DNA of 31,154 nt from Candidatus Thorarchaeota archaeon (GTDB lineage: Archaea > Asgardarchaeota > Thorarchaeia > Thorarchaeales > Thorarchaeaceae): the NCBI GenBank assembly GCA_048882325.1, contig JBHLRS010000003.1, positions 146,379 through 177,532 on the forward strand, written 5' to 3'. Under the pieces are notes generated by a model. The model worked only from the letters and a program-made list of their open reading frames with translations. It was not told where the DNA came from and made no database searches. A program made the translations under genes and the position numbers. Numbering within the stretch: the first letter of the stretch is position 1; each line of letters begins with the position of its first letter. Of the stretch, positions 1-8,423 are shown piece after piece.

Positions 1-1770
1 GCTTTCTCAAGCATTCCATTTCATCTGTACCTCTCTGGAATGTTTGCGCAAGAGCGACTCGGCTATATCGATATTCATAGTGTCACTGCATTTACGCCCA
101 GTCCGATTCCGTTATCTTACGATGTCTTTTCTGCTACACAACTCATGTGGGTTCATCTGAATGAAGACCTTCAGCCAAACACATCAGTCGTCCTCAAGAT
201 AGTTTTCGAATCAGTTCTTCCAACCAATTCGAGTGATCGTGCCGGAGTCAGCGGGTCAGACATAGAAAGCTCAAGGATGTTTGAGTTTGCCAGTGCATAT
301 CCCATCCCCTGTGTCTATGATGAATATGATGGATGGAATACTGACCCATACTTGGCGACTGGAGACCCCTTCTATCTCGATATGGCTCACTATGCATTCA
401 ATCTCTCAATTCCAAATGATATGAAGATTGCAGCAACTGGAGAATTGGTCGGGATTGATGTCGGAACAACAGAGACAACATATCGATACATACCATCTGC
501 GCCTGTCCGCGAGATTACTTTCTGTGCATCTCGTTACTATATCGTAGAGTCTCAACTCTACAACGGTGTCAATGTTTCCTCGTACTATCTGCCCGAGTCA
601 GCCGGTCTCTGGAGTTCCAATGGTCTTGATTGGGGAGTAAGAGCGATGGCGCTCTACAATGACACCTTTGGGCCCTACCCATACACTACCTTGAACATGG
701 TGGAGGACTCTGGATTCTACTATGGCATGGAGTATCCATGTCAGGTCTATCTCTCCCATATCATATATGACAGATACGAACTTGGATATATCACGCCAGA
801 CACTCTTGATGCTGTGATTGCACATGAGGTTGCTCATCAGTGGTGGTATCAGCTCGTTGGGAATGATGAGGTGGATGTTGGTTTCCTAGATGAAGGACTT
901 GCAGTATGGTCCGTCTATTACTATTCAGAATTCTATGATCTTGGTTGGCCAGGAAAGGAAGATGACTTCTATTTTGTCAAAATGGTCTATCCTGCCAAGA
1001 TCAACCAGTCAATCTATGATAATGAATCGACCTATTATTTCACAGCCTATGATAAGACCCCGGTAGTCCTTGAACGATTACGGCAAATCATTGGTACAGA
1101 TGCCTTTCTTGACTCAATAAGACTGTTCTTCTCCCGTTTTAGTTTCAGGATTGCGTTTCTCCCAGATTTGCAAAAAGCATTTGAAGATCATCTCAATTCG
1201 GACTTAGATTGGTTTTTCATTCCCATGTTTGACAATGCATATCTACCCAATTACTCATTCCAATCTGTCATCTACAATAAATCTGGAGCAAGTCTGACCA
1301 TCACTATTGAGGATCTCAATGAACATCTCCATGTTCGCAATTACAAGCAGAACTTCAGCATTGAAGTGCAGGCATCAGCCCTTTTGATGGATTGGGCTGG
1401 ATCTAGATTTATCTCGGCGGAAGATTTTGCATTCACAGACATCCAGCTTTTTGGTACAACTGAAGTGGTTCTCTATGACCTGAACTTTGCAACCTATACT
1501 CCTGAGATTGTAACACTTCAGTATGATGCGTACTCGTTAGTTCAACTTGATGATCCATCAGTACACTATATCAGCACCACAGACATCAAAGGCATTCCCA
1601 CTGGCCCCACATCAGGTACGACCAGCACCACTGCAACAACCACGCAACCGACAACACCAACAACGCCCACCAATTGGTTACCGATGTCAGTATATCTTAT
1701 TGCCGCTGGCACCATTGGAGCTATTGCTGTCATCTCGGTAGTGGTTGTACTGAAAAAGAATAGACCCTGA
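1..1770 (+). CDS. M1-family (aminopeptidase N-like) zinc metallopeptidase with Thr/Pro-rich linker and C-terminal membrane anchor; probably 5'-truncated by the window edge
   Basis: GMEYP exopeptidase-like motif, HEVAHQWW followed by DEGLA (HExxH..E), YDK motif. Ends TTATTTQPTTPTTPT, hydrophobic helix, KKNRP. Frame is open from position 1. Confidence 0.88.
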   Translation, partial: AFSSIPFHLYLSGMFAQERLGYIDIHSVTAFTPSPIPLSYDVFSATQLMWVHLNEDLQPNTSVVLKIVFESVLPTNSSDRAGVSGSDIESSRMFEFASAYPIPCVYDEYDGWNTDPYLATGDPFYLDMAHYAFNLSIPNDMKIAATGELVGIDVGTTETTYRYIPSAPVREITFCASRYYIVESQLYNGVNVSSYYLPESAGLWSSNGLDWGVRAMALYNDTFGPYPYTTLNMVEDSGFYYGMEYPCQVYLSHIIYDRYELGYITPDTLDAVIAHEVAHQWWYQLVGNDEVDVGFLDEGLAVWSVYYYSEFYDLGWPGKEDDFYFVKMVYPAKINQSIYDNESTYYFTAYDKTPVVLERLRQIIGTDAFLDSIRLFFSRFSFRIAFLPDLQKAFEDHLNSDLDWFFIPMFDNAYLPNYSFQSVIYNKSGASLTITIEDLNEHLHVRNYKQNFSIEVQASALLMDWAGSRFISAEDFAFTDIQLFGTTEVVLYDLNFATYTPEIVTLQYDAYSLVQLDDPSVHYISTTDIKGIPTGPTSGTTSTTATTTQPTTPTTPTNWLPMSVYLIAAGTIGAIAVISVVVVLKKNRP

Positions 1771-1793
1771 AGGAGATCATTGATCCCCTTCAG
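1767..1793. terminator. Hairpin between the convergent M1 peptidase and secY 3' ends
   Basis: CTGAAGG-A-GATC-ATT-GATC-C-CCTTCAG: 11 paired positions with one mismatch. Confidence 0.45.
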
Positions 1794-1801
1794 TTCCATC
1801 G

Positions 1802-3319
1802 CTAGAGGATACCTAAGAGTCCTGCGACTCCTTCGCCACCCATACCTGCAAGCTGTTCCTTTGCTATCTGCTCATAGTACTGTTTGATGATTGACACCAT
1901 GAGCAAGATACCTGTCCCACTCGCAAGCGCTCCCAGGATATCTGCCGTCGCAGCTAGAATTCCTATGAGGAACCCTCCAAGTCCAGCTACAACAGGGATG
2001 TAACGCTCAAGTAGTCTCTCAAGAACTTTCTCACTTGTTCGGAAACCTGGAATGATATATCCTGAGTTTAACAGTTGTCTAGATACATCCCTCGGAGCAA
2101 TACCTGAGATATCGACCCATATTTTGCTGAAGCCCCAACAGAGCAGAATCATGAGGGACACATAGATGAAGATATGGACCCACCCCTCCATCCCCTCCTC
2201 TATGAGGCGGAACACACCCTGGGGCGGAGTAATATACTTCGCCAGACCTTTAGTAGCCACCATACGCCCACTATCGTCTCGTTCAAAGGCACCTAACCAG
2301 TTCAAGAACGGGTTGTCACCATCAGGATTGAATGCTCCTGCAATTATTTGGCCGAAGAAGAGAATGTTGGCATAGAGTGCCTGAGCAAGAATAACTGGGA
2401 TGTTTGAAGTATAGAGCAGCTTGATTGGGTATCTTGCTTTCATTCCACGATACTTTGCATACTGAAGTGGAATTTCCACTCTAACAGACTCTAGCCAAAT
2501 GACCGCGAAGAAGATGATGAACGTGACAGAGAGTGACATTAGACTTGGATCAAAGCCATTCCTGACTAAGAACCAACTGATAGGTACTGGATCACCCTGA
2601 GTGCGTCCAATGCCAAACCATCTCAGAAGATTGCTGATTAGTGCGGCAATGATTCCTTTCGGTAGGTTTGTCGGAATCTCATTTGCAGCTCCACCCATAT
2701 AACCTTCTGGTGACGCCACCTCTGCATCAAGGACATTCAGTGAGGCGAACATCACTTGTCCTGCGACATTGGTCATGATGAAGAGCGATACTCCGGATCC
2801 AAGACCCCATCCTTTCTGAACTAGCTCGTCCATCAGAATGACGATGATTCCAGACATGAATAGCTGGAGGAAAACCATCACAGACTCTGTTGGAGTTAGC
2901 TCGCCATATGCCTGACCAAGTATGTATGCGATTGCTTGAAACGCAGTCATGAACAGGGCTATGACTTTCTGACCACCAGTGAACAGAGCTCTGTCCTCAG
3001 GATCACCGAAGTCTACATCGATGATCTTAGAGCCTGAAAGTAGTTGCATGACCAGTCCTGCAGTTACTATAGGACCAATTCCAAGCTCCATCAAGGTACC
3101 ACGTGTGCTAGCAAGTATAACACGCATTGCCCACAGATAGTCCGTTCCTACCCCTTTGTCCACACCATAAAGTGGCATGTGTGACATGATAAGGAATATT
3201 ATGAGAATTAACGCTGTCCAGACGAATTTCTCCCTAAAACTGACTTCACGGTCTGGAGTCTTTACTTCAGGCATTATCCTAACAAATGGGGACAATGCCT
3301 TGAGGAACCGACTAGTCAT
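1802..3319 (-). CDS. secY: Preprotein translocase subunit SecY (Sec61alpha)
   Basis: GTLMELGIGPIVTAGLVMQLL, YPIKLLYTSNIPVIL, IPGFR and GTGILL motifs; about 10 hydrophobic segments; end of spc cluster. Confidence 0.98.
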   Translation of the reverse strand: MTSRFLKALSPFVRIMPEVKTPDREVSFREKFVWTALILIIFLIMSHMPLYGVDKGVGTDYLWAMRVILASTRGTLMELGIGPIVTAGLVMQLLSGSKIIDVDFGDPEDRALFTGGQKVIALFMTAFQAIAYILGQAYGELTPTESVMVFLQLFMSGIIVILMDELVQKGWGLGSGVSLFIMTNVAGQVMFASLNVLDAEVASPEGYMGGAANEIPTNLPKGIIAALISNLLRWFGIGRTQGDPVPISWFLVRNGFDPSLMSLSVTFIIFFAVIWLESVRVEIPLQYAKYRGMKARYPIKLLYTSNIPVILAQALYANILFFGQIIAGAFNPDGDNPFLNWLGAFERDDSGRMVATKGLAKYITPPQGVFRLIEEGMEGWVHIFIYVSLMILLCWGFSKIWVDISGIAPRDVSRQLLNSGYIIPGFRTSEKVLERLLERYIPVVAGLGGFLIGILAATADILGALASGTGILLMVSIIKQYYEQIAKEQLAGMGGEGVAGLLGIL

Positions 3320-3376
3320 TCTCTTTGCTTCCTGCAGTTCGTTTCGGGTTCCAGATGACTTGTGCTTTAAAAGCTA
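3242..3376 (-). repeat. Copy 1 of a diverged direct repeat: secY upstream region plus first 26 codons (attached to intact secY)
   Basis: Aligns with 6093-6228 at an offset of ~2851 bp. Exact 26-bp core tttacttcaggcattatcctaacaaa at 3261-3286. Confidence 0.92.
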
Positions 3377-3769
3377 TCGAACCATGATATATAGAATCAA
3401 AGAATTTGTCATATAGCAATCTAGAGGGAACCTAAAGATCGTCTTCCTACCCGCAGTTAGGGACAATTGTTTGCGATTATATCCCTCTTCTTGAAACTCC
3501 CAGCTTTCTGACTTGAAGAGTTCCTTGTAACCTTGAGGAATGAACACCCTGTCCTATTCATTTTTAATCTTGAAATAGTCTTGAGGTTGATAGACCACAT
3601 TGTCACTCGCTGAGAGGTCAATGACATAACGAGAGGGTAGACTTTCTCTGGCTAGAAACCGGCCCTCGAATGGCATGAGGATTGATTTGTATGTGTGAGC
3701 TAGTAGGTTGCTACAGACATGCTGCGGGACACATTTGCCAGAACCCTTTGGATGAGATTCACTCCAACC
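3374..3769 (-). pseudogene. Possible degraded gene fragment of unknown family inside the island
   Basis: One frame reads ...YKSILMPFEGRFLARESLPSRYVIDLSASDNVVYQPQDYFKIKNE*DRVFIPQGYKELFKSESWEFQEEGYNRK... with a single internal TAG (3554-3556) and no good start. Confidence 0.35.
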
Positions 3770-3837
3770 TCAGCAATGTTTCTCTTGTACTCCTTTTCAG
3801 CCTTCTAACCTCGATGGAACGTTTAGAGTGAAATAGA

Positions 3838-3858
3838 GGAGAGGGACAAGCCCTCTCC
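3838..3858 (-). terminator. Terminator-like hairpin downstream of island ORF 3875-4360
   Basis: Perfect 8-bp inverted repeat GGAGAGGG-N5-CCCTCTCC followed by TCTATTT on the minus strand, 16 nt after the stop. Confidence 0.6.
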
Positions 3859-3874
3859 GAGGCTACATTGAAGA

Positions 3875-4360
3875 TCAGACAGTAATCGTAATCCAGTTTG
3901 TAACGCCGCCTCCCGGCAGCCCGCCACTGAACGCACTATCCCTGAGCTGATCCCCAGTCTGTGCAGATATGCCAGGATACCTCACAAGGTGTGAAATCCA
4001 ATACCTGCCAGAGTACCATAGTTCTTGGTAATTCCTTAGAATAAACATCTCGGCCATAGAGTAGCAAGAAATCCACGGGTATCCCGGGTTCTGCGCCTTA
4101 AAAGTGTGCTCAACTTTGTACCACTCTACACTTATTAGTCGTAGCCTCCCGCCGATAAATGAATACTTGTATCGAATAGTGGCCTCAGTGTGCAACCAGT
4201 AGGTAACAGGGTCCTCGCCACCTTCATAGATATAGCCATCAGCAGTATAGACTGCATCTTCAATTATGTATGCTGCAACTGGTCTAGGTATAAGAAAGAG
4301 TCCTAATACCATAATGCACAGGGTGGCTAAAACCACTCTTTTTTTATTGAATTGCTTCAT
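3875..4360 (-). CDS. Hypothetical secreted protein (Sec signal peptide), 161 aa
   Basis: ATG at 4360 preceded by GGAGGAG. N-terminus MKQFNKKRVVLATLCIMVLGLFLIPRPVAA has basic n-region, hydrophobic h-region and small-residue cleavage site. Mature part is Tyr/Trp-rich. Confidence 0.75.
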   Translation of the reverse strand: MKQFNKKRVVLATLCIMVLGLFLIPRPVAAYIIEDAVYTADGYIYEGGEDPVTYWLHTEATIRYKYSFIGGRLRLISVEWYKVEHTFKAQNPGYPWISCYSMAEMFILRNYQELWYSGRYWISHLVRYPGISAQTGDQLRDSAFSGGLPGGGVTNWITITV

Positions 4361-4737
4361 ATTATACTCCTCCTTCCAAGAGTTTACATCCTCAACAGCA
4401 GACAAATGGCTGCTGTATGCTTCTTTATACTGAATTTACATATAAGACGGACCTCGTTTCTAAACAAGTAAGAATTGCTCTTTCTTGCAACATCCTGAAT
4501 GTCTAGAGTGGATATATAGCCCAATCTTGAAAAATCGCATAATACCCAAATATTACCTAAACATTTGGCCAACATCCCCTCTTTCCTCAAATGTGTAGTC
4601 TTTGTAGAAATAATATCTAAACCTTTTTTTCGTCTGCCAAAGCATGTTTCGAGGAGCTTAAATCTCGCTTATTATGACTGTAAGATTAGCATAACAGTCA
4701 ATATTTGAACTGAGTGACAATCAGCGCATAGAGAGGT

Positions 4738-5073
4738 TTGAGGACGGGAGTCAAGGGTTACCCTCGTGAGGACTGGGAGCTTGGCATCAAGACCATGCAG
4801 TTCTGTGACCAGTTCAACATCACAGCCACCTTCCTCAGACGATTCTGGAATGTGCCAACTGACCATCAGTTCACACAGATGGCAAGGTCCAAGGCCATCA
4901 TTCACGGGTCAGTCGGTATTCCTAATCCACCCGAGCACGTTTCGATTATTCTGGATGTTCTTGAGAGGTATGAGGAGCTTAAAGGATGGTCTGTTCGAAG
5001 AGTAATCACGATCCCACTTCGTGTTAAAGCACACTATCAGAAAGAGCACTCGCAAAACTCACGACCAATCTGA
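4738..5073 (+). pseudogene. Protein-like ORF or fragment of unknown family inside the island
   Basis: 111 codons with weak TTG start; GC-richer than its neighbours; no recognised motif. Confidence 0.35.
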
Positions 5074-5241
5074 TTATACAATCTTATTCTCTCGCCTTTC
5101 CCTGCTTCTAAATCGATCCAATGCTAGCGCCTGCACCCTTGTATGAGGTCCACCTATTACTAATCTACACAGTTTCAACTTCAGGGTTCTGAAAGTCCCA
5201 GTAGCTTCTCTATTTGACACCCTCATTAATGGGAATAGTGT

Positions 5242-5868
5242 TTATGGGCCTAAATAACCCCAGCCTATATACGTGACTAGAAAGGTAGCTGGATCGAATA
5301 TACTGTTCTGAGACCGAATATGGGATTTATACCGAAGCTCTACATAGAGTTTTACAGCAAAGAGATAGGTATGTCCCCCACTGACTCTATAGTTTATCAC
5401 GTACATATCCTCATCATAGAAGTTCTTTGTTACATCCTCGGTACCAGTCGTAATCCAATCAGAGTAGACTAGTTTCTGTGCGATCAGATGCTCACTTGTA
5501 CTAAATAAAGCCACAAAAACTAGAACTACGGCCTTATCTCCCAAGAATTCCCAAAATGCACCAAATTCATATTTCAACTGGCCATCAAAGCCAATCTTCA
5601 CTTTATAGTTATCAGCGTAACTAGGGACCGTCCTCTCCTCACCAACGCAAAGCCATGCATAATTGATTCCGATTAATGAATCGCCTTTTATCTCCATCAG
5701 TCCTAATACCTTATCAGCTTCTGTCACACTAAAGACTGTAGGATACATATTATGTTCAAAATCCCAATCAAATGGACGGTATCCTGCGTAAACAGGTTGT
5801 ACAGAGAGGAGCCCAAGAATGGTAACAACAAAGACCATTAAAAGTACATTCCTCTTCTTTCGCTTCAC
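5242..5868 (-). CDS. Hypothetical secreted protein (Sec signal peptide), 208 aa
   Basis: GTG start with GGAGG upstream. MKRKKRNVLLMVFVVTILGLLSVQPVYA signal peptide, then aromatic, beta-strand-like mature region. Confidence 0.78.
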   Translation of the reverse strand: MKRKKRNVLLMVFVVTILGLLSVQPVYAGYRPFDWDFEHNMYPTVFSVTEADKVLGLMEIKGDSLIGINYAWLCVGEERTVPSYADNYKVKIGFDGQLKYEFGAFWEFLGDKAVVLVFVALFSTSEHLIAQKLVYSDWITTGTEDVTKNFYDEDMYVINYRVSGGHTYLFAVKLYVELRYKSHIRSQNSIFDPATFLVTYIGWGYLGP

Positions 5869-6053
5869 CTTATGACCTCCGCATCACGATTACATGAATA
5901 ATTCATGCCAATACAACAGTATGTTTCTAAGTTGTTATTATCCTTTACTGTTTTTTGTTCAAATCAATAATTTGAAGATGAAACCGATGATGATGATGCA
6001 ATCTTGCTTGCGAAAAAAGAAAGCGAACTGGATTGCTCAGACTAACCTCTTGT

Positions 6054-6075
6054 AAGGAGAGATAATCTTCTCCTT
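6054..6075. terminator. Hairpin just after the truncated secY copy
   Basis: AAGGAGA-N8-TCTCCTT followed by a T-run on the plus strand. Confidence 0.4.
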
Positions 6076-6080
6076 TTTCT

Positions 6081-6170
6081 TCAGTAATAGATAACCTCTC
6101 TGTCGGGTGTTTTTACTTCAGGCATTATCCTAACAAAGGGGGATAATGCTTTGAGGAACCTAATGGTCAT
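6081..6170 (-). pseudogene. secY: Truncated second copy of the secY 5' end; 29-aa micro-ORF MTIRFLKALSPFVRIMPEVKTPDREVIYY*
   Basis: 25 of the first 26 residues are identical to SecY (MTSRFLKALSPFVRIMPEVKTPDREV). Starts 77 nt after the uL15 stop, the canonical secY position. Too short for the ORF track. Confidence 0.92.
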
Positions 6171-6228
6171 TTACATATGCCTTCTGCAGGGATTTTTGTG
6201 GTCCAACTTGAGAATACCATTAAGGCTA
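6093..6228 (-). repeat. Copy 2 of the secY 5' direct repeat
   Basis: Exact 26-bp core at 6112-6137; upstream CTGCAG and TTAA..GCTA elements at nearly the same spacing as in copy 1. Confidence 0.92.
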
Positions 6229-6246
6229 GTGGTTCTCTCTGACAGA

Positions 6247-6696
6247 TTATTCCGCTGGTAGGTCGATGGTGCCTCCAGCACCAGTGACCTTCTCTCTAGC
6301 TCTTGGAGTAATAGCTTTCACACCGACGAGGTTCAGTTTCCGTGTCACCTTTCCAGAACCAAGGATTCTATCGATTCCGAGTTTGGACACATCGATACTG
6401 TATTTCTTGCCAGTCATGGTCGCTACACCTTGAGCAACAAGTCTGTCTGCAGCCTCATCGATGTCTCCAATATTGATGGCCACGAGGTTGTCAATTACCT
6501 TCTGGGGTCTCTTGAATCCCCATTTTCCAAAGTATCTGGGGTCTTCCTGCATCACTTTGATGTAATGATGTTTCTTCGACCCGGCCATTCCCTTACCGCC
6601 TTTCTGCCCAGAGGCTCGATGACCTGCGCTGAACCCATACCCGGCCGCTCGACGTCCTCTCATTTTGTTAATCTTCTTTGATGGTCGTTTCTGCAT
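6247..6696 (-). CDS. rpl15: 50S ribosomal protein uL15
   Basis: KMRG...HRASGQKGGKGMAG, YFGKWGF, ILGSG motifs; ATG at 6696 (alternative GTG at 6705). Confidence 0.96.
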   Translation of the reverse strand: MQKRPSKKINKMRGRRAAGYGFSAGHRASGQKGGKGMAGSKKHHYIKVMQEDPRYFGKWGFKRPQKVIDNLVAINIGDIDEAADRLVAQGVATMTGKKYSIDVSKLGIDRILGSGKVTRKLNLVGVKAITPRAREKVTGAGGTIDLPAE

Positions 6697-6711
6697 TTCT
6701 ATCACTCCACT

Positions 6712-7245
6712 CTATGCTTTCTTGAGCCGCACTTCTAGCACACCATTACGAATCGCAGATTTCGCATCTTCCTTTTGTACTTTGGAAGGAAGGTCAATGA
6801 CCTTGTGATATGGCCTGTCCGGGTTGTCTGCGTGTATAGTCAGGGTCGTACCTTTGATTCGGACCTTGATCTCATCTCTCTCCACGCCTGGCACCTCTGC
6901 CACAACGATGATTTCATCATCATCTTCAACGACATCTACCAGAGGTTCTAGACTTGGAGTTACCTCAACACCTCCATCCATTGGAGGATTTCCGAAACGC
7001 TGGATGATTGGTTTACCGTCTGGACCAATCTTCATTGAGAAACCAAATACAAAGGGGTTTGTCCCTTCCGGATTTCTGAGCATCTCTTCAAATGCCTCAC
7101 TGTTAAACAGTGTACCTTCGTTCATCTCGCTCATCATCCTTTCCATCATCTCTTCGATTTGACGGAACATCTCCTCAGGTAGGAAATCGCCAAACCAGCG
7201 CCGGAGTTTTTTCCGGGTTTCATCATCTCGGTCGTCCCACGACAT
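6712..7245 (-). CDS. hsp20: Small heat-shock protein Hsp20 (archaeal type)
   Basis: PFVFGFSMKIGPDGKPIIQRFGN, EPLVDV, VVAEVPGV and NGVLEVRLKK alpha-crystallin motifs. Confidence 0.93.
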   Translation of the reverse strand: MSWDDRDDETRKKLRRWFGDFLPEEMFRQIEEMMERMMSEMNEGTLFNSEAFEEMLRNPEGTNPFVFGFSMKIGPDGKPIIQRFGNPPMDGGVEVTPSLEPLVDVVEDDDEIIVVAEVPGVERDEIKVRIKGTTLTIHADNPDRPYHKVIDLPSKVQKEDAKSAIRNGVLEVRLKKA

Positions 7246-7254
7246 TTCTTCACC

Positions 7255-7737
7255 TCATATCATTCGTAGGGCAAGATTGTTGATATCTTCCCCTCGATAT
7301 CCAGTTATACCTCCCATACCGACTCCGAGGTTCTTTTTCCCCTTGAAGCCTTTTGTGGGTGGAGTTAATCTGAAAACTGGTTTCAGACCTTCGACATCCT
7401 TTACGCTCGCTTTTCCAGTTGCAATGGCTTTCGCGAGAGCTTTGATGCTAGTGTACTTTGAGTTCTTCTTGACATAAGCGTCAGTCAATCTCCCGTTTCC
7501 TGGAAGTCGTCCTCTCTTTGTAAGAAGCTTGACAATAACATCCTCTGTGACTTCTCCCCAAGTGATGTAATCTTTTGCCTTCGTAATCATCCCTTCTAGG
7601 CTTGGTGTGACCTTCAAGATTCTTGCTTGATGAAGCCGACCAAGCAAGAGTTTATCGAGGGTGTCCTCTAGTTGAGGTCTCACTCTGACTTGTCCTCTTA
7701 CTCGAATTGCGAGAACTATCTTCTCTTCTTCACTCAT
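7255..7737 (-). CDS. rpl30: 50S ribosomal protein uL30
   Basis: IRVRG, KDYITWGE, FRLTPPTKGF, GYRGEDINNL; operon position. Confidence 0.96.
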   Translation of the reverse strand: MSEEEKIVLAIRVRGQVRVRPQLEDTLDKLLLGRLHQARILKVTPSLEGMITKAKDYITWGEVTEDVIVKLLTKRGRLPGNGRLTDAYVKKNSKYTSIKALAKAIATGKASVKDVEGLKPVFRLTPPTKGFKGKKNLGVGMGGITGYRGEDINNLALRMI

Positions 7738-8411
7738 ATTTCAGCCACTCCTGTTGTCCCCCACTCCTGTGGTGGGAGCATTTTGTACGTCTGCGTTAGT
7801 GCATCAACGAAGGCTTTGGCAAAGTTAGACGATGTTCGTGATCGCCCCTTTGTGATTGACCAGACATCATGCAGTCCAGCAATTCTCAGAACTATCTTCC
7901 CCACATCAGCAGTCACTAAACCAGTTCCCTTTGGGGCCGGTCTAAGGGTGACAGATACTGATCCAGATCTGCCATTCACCTGAAATGGAATGCTATGAGG
8001 ATCATGACATCTGCACTCCCAAGAGCCACAGCCTCTCCTGAACATCGTGATGTTCAACTTGGCTCGTGACTCAGCTGCGCGGACCGCTGGTACGAACTCT
8101 GGTGCTTTGCCAACACCTATTCCAAGAACACCTTCACCGTTCCCGACTACAACAGTTATTCTGAAACTCTTCTGCTGACCGCTATCAGATTGCCGCTGTA
8201 CAAGGCTGACATCAACAACCTCCTGACGAAGGTCCGGAAACAGAGCGTCAACTATCTCCGGTTCCCTGATTCTGTAGTTGTTCTGCATGATCTCCTCAAT
8301 AGAGTTGATGTGGCCTTCCTTAACTAAGCGACCAAGTTTGGTCTTAGGAACCCAGTCATCGAGAGGGTTAATCTCAGCACGTGGTTGTCGTCTTCTTCTT
8401 TGTCTACTCAT
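7734..8411 (-). CDS. rps5: 30S ribosomal protein uS5
   Basis: WVPKTKLGRLVKEG, RRGCGSWEC, PAPKGTGLV. Confidence 0.97.
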   Translation of the reverse strand: MSRQRRRRQPRAEINPLDDWVPKTKLGRLVKEGHINSIEEIMQNNYRIREPEIVDALFPDLRQEVVDVSLVQRQSDSGQQKSFRITVVVGNGEGVLGIGVGKAPEFVPAVRAAESRAKLNITMFRRGCGSWECRCHDPHSIPFQVNGRSGSVSVTLRPAPKGTGLVTADVGKIVLRIAGLHDVWSITKGRSRTSSNFAKAFVDALTQTYKMLPPQEWGTTGVAEI

Positions 8412-8423
8412 CACATGTCACCC

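Larger units (their letters stand above)
3377..6092. mobile_element. Genomic islet between uL15 and secY, bounded by duplicated secY 5' ends; no integrase recognisable
   Basis: Interrupts the normally adjacent uL15-secY pair, has flanking direct repeats, visibly AT-richer segments, orphan ORFs and gene fragments. Confidence 0.7.

Noticed and set aside
3554-3556. In-frame TAG as pyrrolysine or recoding
   Set aside because: TAG ends core genes in this window (secY, uS3, uL18), no pyl genes are present, and the frame lacks a credible start.
3377-6092. Integrase, transposase, integron attC sites or CRISPR array in the island
   Set aside because: No recombinase catalytic motifs are recognisable, the hairpins share only a short GGAGA..CTCC stem, and there are no regularly spaced repeats.
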